Shown: piece by piece, positions 59,821 through 64,000 of the stretch | Layout of the letters: each line of letters begins with the position of its first letter | How positions within the stretch are numbered: the first letter of the stretch is position 1 | Assembly: GCA_946553095.1 (NCBI GenBank) | Contig: CAMNRN010000001.1 | Coordinates: 58,899-122,898 of the forward strand | Reading direction: 5' to 3' | Origin: an uncultured Mycoplasmatota bacterium | GTDB lineage: Bacteria; Bacillota_I; Bacilli_A; RF39; UBA660 | Length of the DNA stretch: 64,000 nt | Made by a program: the position numbers and the translations under genes | The notes under the pieces: model-generated | What the model saw: the letters and a program-made list of their open reading frames with translations, nothing else | The model's database searches: none | Told to the model about the DNA's origin: nothing

Positions 59821-60315
59821 ATGCAAATAAAGTTAGCTGCTGATATACAATGTGATAGCATTGTCGATGGGCCAGGTATTAGGTCAGTAATATGGTTTCA
59901 AGGCTGTCCGCATGCTTGCCCAGGGTGTCAAAATCCTGAGACACATGACATTAATGCTGGCATTCAAATATCATTAGAAGAAATAAAAGAAAAGATTAAA
60001 AATTTAGAATACCAAGATGGAATAACATTATCAGGTGGAGACCCATTCATGCAACCAGAAGCAGCTAGCGAAATTGCCAAATATGCTCACGAGCTAGGAT
60101 ATAACGTTTGGTGTTACACAGGATATTTATATGAAAATATTTTAAAAAATCCTAAATTAACTAATTTATTAGAACAAATAGATGTTTTAATAGATGGTCC
60201 ATTTATTATGAAAAAAAAAAGTTTAGAATGTATTTATCGTGGTAGTAAAAACCAACGATTAATTGATGTTCCAAAAAGCTTAGCGCAAAAGGAAGTAGTA
60301 CTATATGACATTTGA
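59821..60315 (+). CDS. nrdG: anaerobic ribonucleoside-triphosphate reductase activating protein (radical SAM)
   Basis: 164 aa. CPHACPGC radical-SAM cluster motif, GITLSGGDPF. No adjacent nrdD. Confidence 0.8.
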   Translation: MQIKLAADIQCDSIVDGPGIRSVIWFQGCPHACPGCQNPETHDINAGIQISLEEIKEKIKNLEYQDGITLSGGDPFMQPEAASEIAKYAHELGYNVWCYTGYLYENILKNPKLTNLLEQIDVLIDGPFIMKKKSLECIYRGSKNQRLIDVPKSLAQKEVVLYDI

Positions 60316-60781
60316 ATTGAATAAAAATTATTGCATTCTTACTAATTCTATTAATCAAAACTTACTAACAAAATTAAATGAATATACTATTTATAATGAT
60401 GAATATGGATACAAAGAATTAAAAGAAATAATTGAAAACTATTATAAAAAAACAATCGTTTTCAATGACTGTTTAAGAAGACTAAGACAGATAGAAAAAA
60501 AGAAGCTTATCGAATTAATACATCTTAGAAATATGAATTATATCAATGTTACGAGTAATATTGAAGAAACATTGTTATGTGATTACATTTACGTCTTCAA
60601 TAATGATGAATTAGTCATGGAAGGTCAAAAAGAAGGATTATTACAAGAAGAAAAATTGCTTAAAAGACTGGGCTTTGGACTCCCTTTTGTAGTCGATGTT
60701 TCCACTCAATTAAAGTACTATAACATAGTATCGAAAATATATTATGACATGGAAGAGTTGGTGAATGATTTATGGAACTAA
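60305..60781 (+). CDS. degenerate EcfA-like ABC ATPase relic (C-terminal half only, no Walker A)
   Basis: 158 aa. ...INVTSNIEETLLCDYIYVFNNDELVMEGQKEGLL...LGFGLPFVVDVSTQL aligns with the ABC H-loop-to-C-terminus and the ECF-specific helix (IGLDVPFAIELA), but the catalytic motifs are absent. Confidence 0.5.
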   Translation: MTFELNKNYCILTNSINQNLLTKLNEYTIYNDEYGYKELKEIIENYYKKTIVFNDCLRRLRQIEKKKLIELIHLRNMNYINVTSNIEETLLCDYIYVFNNDELVMEGQKEGLLQEEKLLKRLGFGLPFVVDVSTQLKYYNIVSKIYYDMEELVNDLWN

Positions 60782-61332
60782 GTAAATTAAAAGGGTCAAT
60801 AATTGGAATAGTTTCTGGTGAAAAGAAAGATTATAAAGATTTAGCTGAAAAAAAGGTAAATGAAATAATCAAGATTCAATTGGATAAATCTTTAAAAATG
60901 GTTGGATTAGAACCAGATATCTCTGCTCACTTATTTAAAGATTTAACAGATAAGGATAAGAATAAAGTAATATTAGCGAGCAAATTACAAGAAAGAGAAA
61001 TAGTTTTATATGATTTTTCTAAAGGAATGATCAAAAAAGAATTAGAAACATTTAAAAGATTATTTAAAAAACTTACAAGTTTTAACAAAAGAATTATTCT
61101 TTATAGTTCAGATAGTGAATTATTTTTAAATTGTGTGGATAACATTTATCTTATCAACAATGAAGAAATAATGTATGAAACAGATAATATATTTGATTCG
61201 ACAATATATTTAGATGCTGACAAACCAAGAATAGTTGAATTCATATATAAATGTGAAGATTTAGGCATTCATTTAAATGAATATAAAGATTTAAACGAAT
61301 TAATAAAAGCTATATTTAGGATTAAATCATGA
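60772..61332 (+). CDS. degenerate EcfA-like ABC ATPase relic (Walker A, signature, Walker B and H-loop all mutated)
   Basis: 186 aa. KGSIIGIVSGEKK sits where GxxGxGKST is expected. YDFSKG replaces Walker B DE. SSDSE replaces the H-loop. The C-terminal LGIHLNEY matches the ECF coupling helix. Confidence 0.5.
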   Translation: MELSKLKGSIIGIVSGEKKDYKDLAEKKVNEIIKIQLDKSLKMVGLEPDISAHLFKDLTDKDKNKVILASKLQEREIVLYDFSKGMIKKELETFKRLFKKLTSFNKRIILYSSDSELFLNCVDNIYLINNEEIMYETDNIFDSTIYLDADKPRIVEFIYKCEDLGIHLNEYKDLNELIKAIFRIKS

Positions 61333-62045
61333 GATATCTTATACGAATGAGCTATGATGGATCACTATTTCACGGTTTTCAAAGACAACAAAATGAAAAA
61401 AACATCCAAAGTAAAGTAGAAGACGCTCTCCAAAAAATACTAAATGAAAAGATTGAAATCAAAGGAGCTGGACGAACTGATGCTAAAGTTCACGCCTTAA
61501 GTCAAACTGCCCATTTTGATACCACCCAAAAACTTCCTATTAATTTTTTAAAAAGACTAAATAAAGAACTTCATGAAGAAATAAAAATAAAAAGTATAAA
61601 GAAAGTATCCAATAACTTTCATGCTCGTTTTTCTGTTAAAGAAAAAAAGTACCGTTATTTAATAAATTTTAATAAGAACAAGAAAAATGACAATTATTAT
61701 TTCACATCTTATTATAATTTAGATATCAACAAGATGAAAGAAGTGAGTCGAATATTCTTAGGGACACATGACTTTGAAGCATTTGTAAGTGGTTATCGAG
61801 AAGACTATACGACGCATATTTATAAGATTACATTTCGAAAAAAAAATAATATGCTCATAATCGAATTTGTAGGCACAGGCTTTTATCGATATATGATTAG
61901 ACATTTAGTCGGAGCTCTTTATGATGTTGGCCGCCACAAAAAAAATAAAAGTGACATTTTAAAAAAATTAAATAAAGAAGATATTACAATTGGAACGACA
62001 GTAATGCCAGCATATGGTCTTTATTTAGTAAACGTTAAGTATTAA
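61329..62045 (+). CDS. truA: tRNA pseudouridine(38-40) synthase TruA
   Basis: 238 aa. YDGSLFHGFQRQ and GAGRTDAKVHA catalytic-Asp motif. Confidence 0.93.
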   Translation: MRYLIRMSYDGSLFHGFQRQQNEKNIQSKVEDALQKILNEKIEIKGAGRTDAKVHALSQTAHFDTTQKLPINFLKRLNKELHEEIKIKSIKKVSNNFHARFSVKEKKYRYLINFNKNKKNDNYYFTSYYNLDINKMKEVSRIFLGTHDFEAFVSGYREDYTTHIYKITFRKKNNMLIIEFVGTGFYRYMIRHLVGALYDVGRHKKNKSDILKKLNKEDITIGTTVMPAYGLYLVNVKY

Positions 62046-62094
62046 ATTAGCATAAATAATACTATTTAATCTAAACTAAAAATGGTGATTACTT

Positions 62095-62610
62095 ATGATT
62101 AACTTTGAAGAAATAGGATTAATAGCTCTAAGGTCAATACTAGCAATAATGATTCTTCTATTAACGACGAAAATGTTCGGGAAAAAACAATTATCTCAAT
62201 TAACTATTTATGATTATGTCGTAGGAATAATAATCGGAAGCATTGCTGCTGATGCCATCATAACTTTAGATGAACACTTTATAAATGGTATGCTTGCCAT
62301 TTTAATATTTGGTCTTATCGCCTATGGATTATCCATCCTTTCTATCAAAAGTGAGAACATTAACGAACTATTAAATGGCAAACCAACTGTATTGATGGAA
62401 AAAGGCGTATTTAATTTTGAAAATTTACGAAAAACCAAGATTCCTATATATAAATTTATAGAACAAGCCAGACTAAAAGGTTACTATGATTTATTTGTTT
62501 TAAACTATGCTGTTTTAGAAACCAATGGCGAAATAAGTTTCCTACCTAAAGAACAATATCAACCCACAGCCCCGCTTGATTTTAAAACTGAAGTAAAAAA
62601 AGAAGACTAA
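62095..62610 (+). CDS. DUF421 (YetF/YdfS-like) membrane protein
   Basis: 171 aa. 2-3 N-terminal TM and a DUF421-like C-terminal domain. Confidence 0.7.
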   Translation: MINFEEIGLIALRSILAIMILLLTTKMFGKKQLSQLTIYDYVVGIIIGSIAADAIITLDEHFINGMLAILIFGLIAYGLSILSIKSENINELLNGKPTVLMEKGVFNFENLRKTKIPIYKFIEQARLKGYYDLFVLNYAVLETNGEISFLPKEQYQPTAPLDFKTEVKKED

Positions 62611-62829
62611 ACAAACTTTTTGTGAGGTATTTAATCATTGATGATATAATTAATTATTCAAAATTAGAATAGTTAGGGAAAGACGAAGAATGGTTAAAAA
62701 AAGAATTAGAGAAAAACAACATTCATAAAATTGAAAAAATATTAGTAGCTACTATTGAGAAAATAAAAAAATAAGAATTTATAAAGAACTTATCTAACTA
62801 CAAAAACTATTGTTATAGAAGGAGCCCAA

Positions 62830-63468
62830 ATGCAAATTATACAGTACAATAAACCCAAATTATTAAGCGAATATGAAATATCTAATCAAATATTTAAACT
62901 ATATATTGAAAAAACGCTTGACTCTGTTACAGGACTAGATCATTATTTTTTCAAAATTTATACTCGAAATAATAATAAAACTGAGTGTGCAGCATATCTT
63001 TATTGCTATTTAAATCAAGATACAGCTGATTATGTCGGTACCTATGTAAAGCAAGGATATCGTGGGCAAGGATTATCATCAATTTTAATGGCTCATTGGA
63101 TTACTTTTTGTTTAGAACATGGTATTACGAATCTAAAAACAAATAAAAGTCAAAGAAAACCGTTTTTACTATATATTTTAAAAAAATATTCATTTGAAAT
63201 AGAAAATCCAACTTTATATGATACATCTATAAATACCATATCAATTTTATTACCAGAAACAATCTCGGAGAAATGGCTTCATTTCCGTAATAAAAATGAG
63301 CAGAGTACTTTTGAAAAAGGACGAATAGCTCGAGAAGATAACTATATAATAATTCCCGATTTGACTGGAAAATTCATTTTAGATCAAATATTACTTTCAA
63401 ATATATATCAAATACAAGACGAAAATGAAGCTTATAACAGAGCTAGAAAACGACTTAATCGAAATTAA
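62830..63468 (+). CDS. GNAT-family N-acetyltransferase (putative)
   Basis: 212 aa. V.QGYRGQGLSS.LM resembles acetyl-CoA-binding motif A. Confidence 0.5.
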   Translation: MQIIQYNKPKLLSEYEISNQIFKLYIEKTLDSVTGLDHYFFKIYTRNNNKTECAAYLYCYLNQDTADYVGTYVKQGYRGQGLSSILMAHWITFCLEHGITNLKTNKSQRKPFLLYILKKYSFEIENPTLYDTSINTISILLPETISEKWLHFRNKNEQSTFEKGRIAREDNYIIIPDLTGKFILDQILLSNIYQIQDENEAYNRARKRLNRN

Positions 63469-63609
63469 ATGACAAAAAAGCAAAAAAAATACTGAAATCA
63501 TTTGACTTTTTGCCCTTTTTTACATATAATTTTAATTGGTACATTTTATTTATATAATTTTTTTAGTCGTGGGAAAATTAACTAAGTTATATAATGAAAG
63601 GAATTAAAT

Positions 63610-64000
63610 ATGAAAACATTTATGCAAAAAAAAGAAACTGTTGAAAGAAATTGGTATGTTATTGATGCTGAAGGTAAAACATTAGGTAGACTTGCTACAA
63701 AAGCAGCACACATGTTAAGAGGAAAACATAAAACTACTTATACTCCTCACGTTGACTGTGGAGACTATATCATTATCATTAATGCTGACAAAGTAAAATT
63801 AACTGGAAACAAACTTAATGATAAGATGTATTATAACCACAGTGGATATCCAGGTGGACTAAGAGAGAGAACAGCAAAAGAAATGATTGAAAAATATCCA
63901 GAAGAAATGATTGAAAGGGCTGTAAAAGGAATGCTTCCTCATAATAGACTAGGAAGAGCAATGGGTAAGAAATTATTTGTGTATCGTGGAACTGACCATA
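63610..64000 (+). CDS. rplM: 50S ribosomal protein L13 (3-prime partial at window edge)
   Basis: [30 protein letters not shown]... is the canonical L13 start. Runs off the window end. Confidence 0.93.
   Translation, partial: MKTFMQKKETVERNWYVIDAEGKTLGRLATKAAHMLRGKHKTTYTPHVDCGDYIIIINADKVKLTGNKLNDKMYYNHSGYPGGLRERTAKEMIEKYPEEMIERAVKGMLPHNRLGRAMGKKLFVYRGTDH

Noticed and set aside
61133-61141. Perfect DnaA-box 9-mer TGTGGATAA
   Set aside because: A single isolated copy inside a coding region, with no cluster or AT-rich DUE nearby. Most likely chance. oriC is not in this window.
1-64000. Searched intergenic regions for tRNA/rRNA genes, CRISPR arrays, IS elements, integrases and phage genes
   Set aside because: None recognised. 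The accessory island lacks mobility genes or flanking direct repeats that I could identify, so I do not call it a mobile element.

Overview
The window is about 30% GC and uses standard code 11 (Trp is TGG, stops are TAA/TAG). It comes from a low-GC Firmicute of the origin-proximal kind, possibly of a Mollicutes/Erysipelotrichia-related lineage, since L30 is absent. Positions 1-15.9 kb hold gpmI followed by a complete S10-spc-alpha ribosomal superoperon (rpsJ through rplQ, including secY, adk, map, infA, rpmJ and rpoA, but no rpmD/L30). Positions 28-45 kb carry classic ori-proximal housekeeping genes: parA, parB, a DUF951 gene, an AbgT-family transporter, ychF, rpsF-ssb-rpsR, rplI-dnaB, a yycJ-like MBL hydrolase, rlmH, a MYG1-family gene, ung and lemA. 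Positions 45.8-54.7 kb are a cell-wall block: three FemAB paralogs bracket a MurJ/Wzx-like flippase, followed by ftsE, ftsX and a coiled-coil M23 peptidase. The 3-prime part holds a decayed DUF285-repeat surface-protein gene, gerQ, yitT, an HTH regulator, yvcK, whiA, nrdG, two degenerate EcfA-like ATPase relics, truA, a DUF421 gene, a GNAT gene and the start of rplM. The standout region is an accessory cell-surface island of about 11.7 kb (16.37-28.08 kb) wedged between the rplQ terminator and the parA promoter. It encodes a Cys-rich tandem-repeat lipoprotein. It also has two Sec11/SipW-type signal peptidases with K/S/T-rich tails, each followed by a paralogous TasA/camelysin-like protein with a SipW-cognate-type signal peptide. 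Between them sits a 1382-aa Big_2 plus 6x cadherin-like-domain adhesin, and a 751-aa secreted protein with an acidic tail closes the island. I read this as a previously undescribed SipW-dependent fibre/adhesin system. Two pseudogenes are also present: a poly-A frameshift at 51.2 kb and the DUF285 gene. No rRNA, tRNA, CRISPR, integrase or transposase was recognised.
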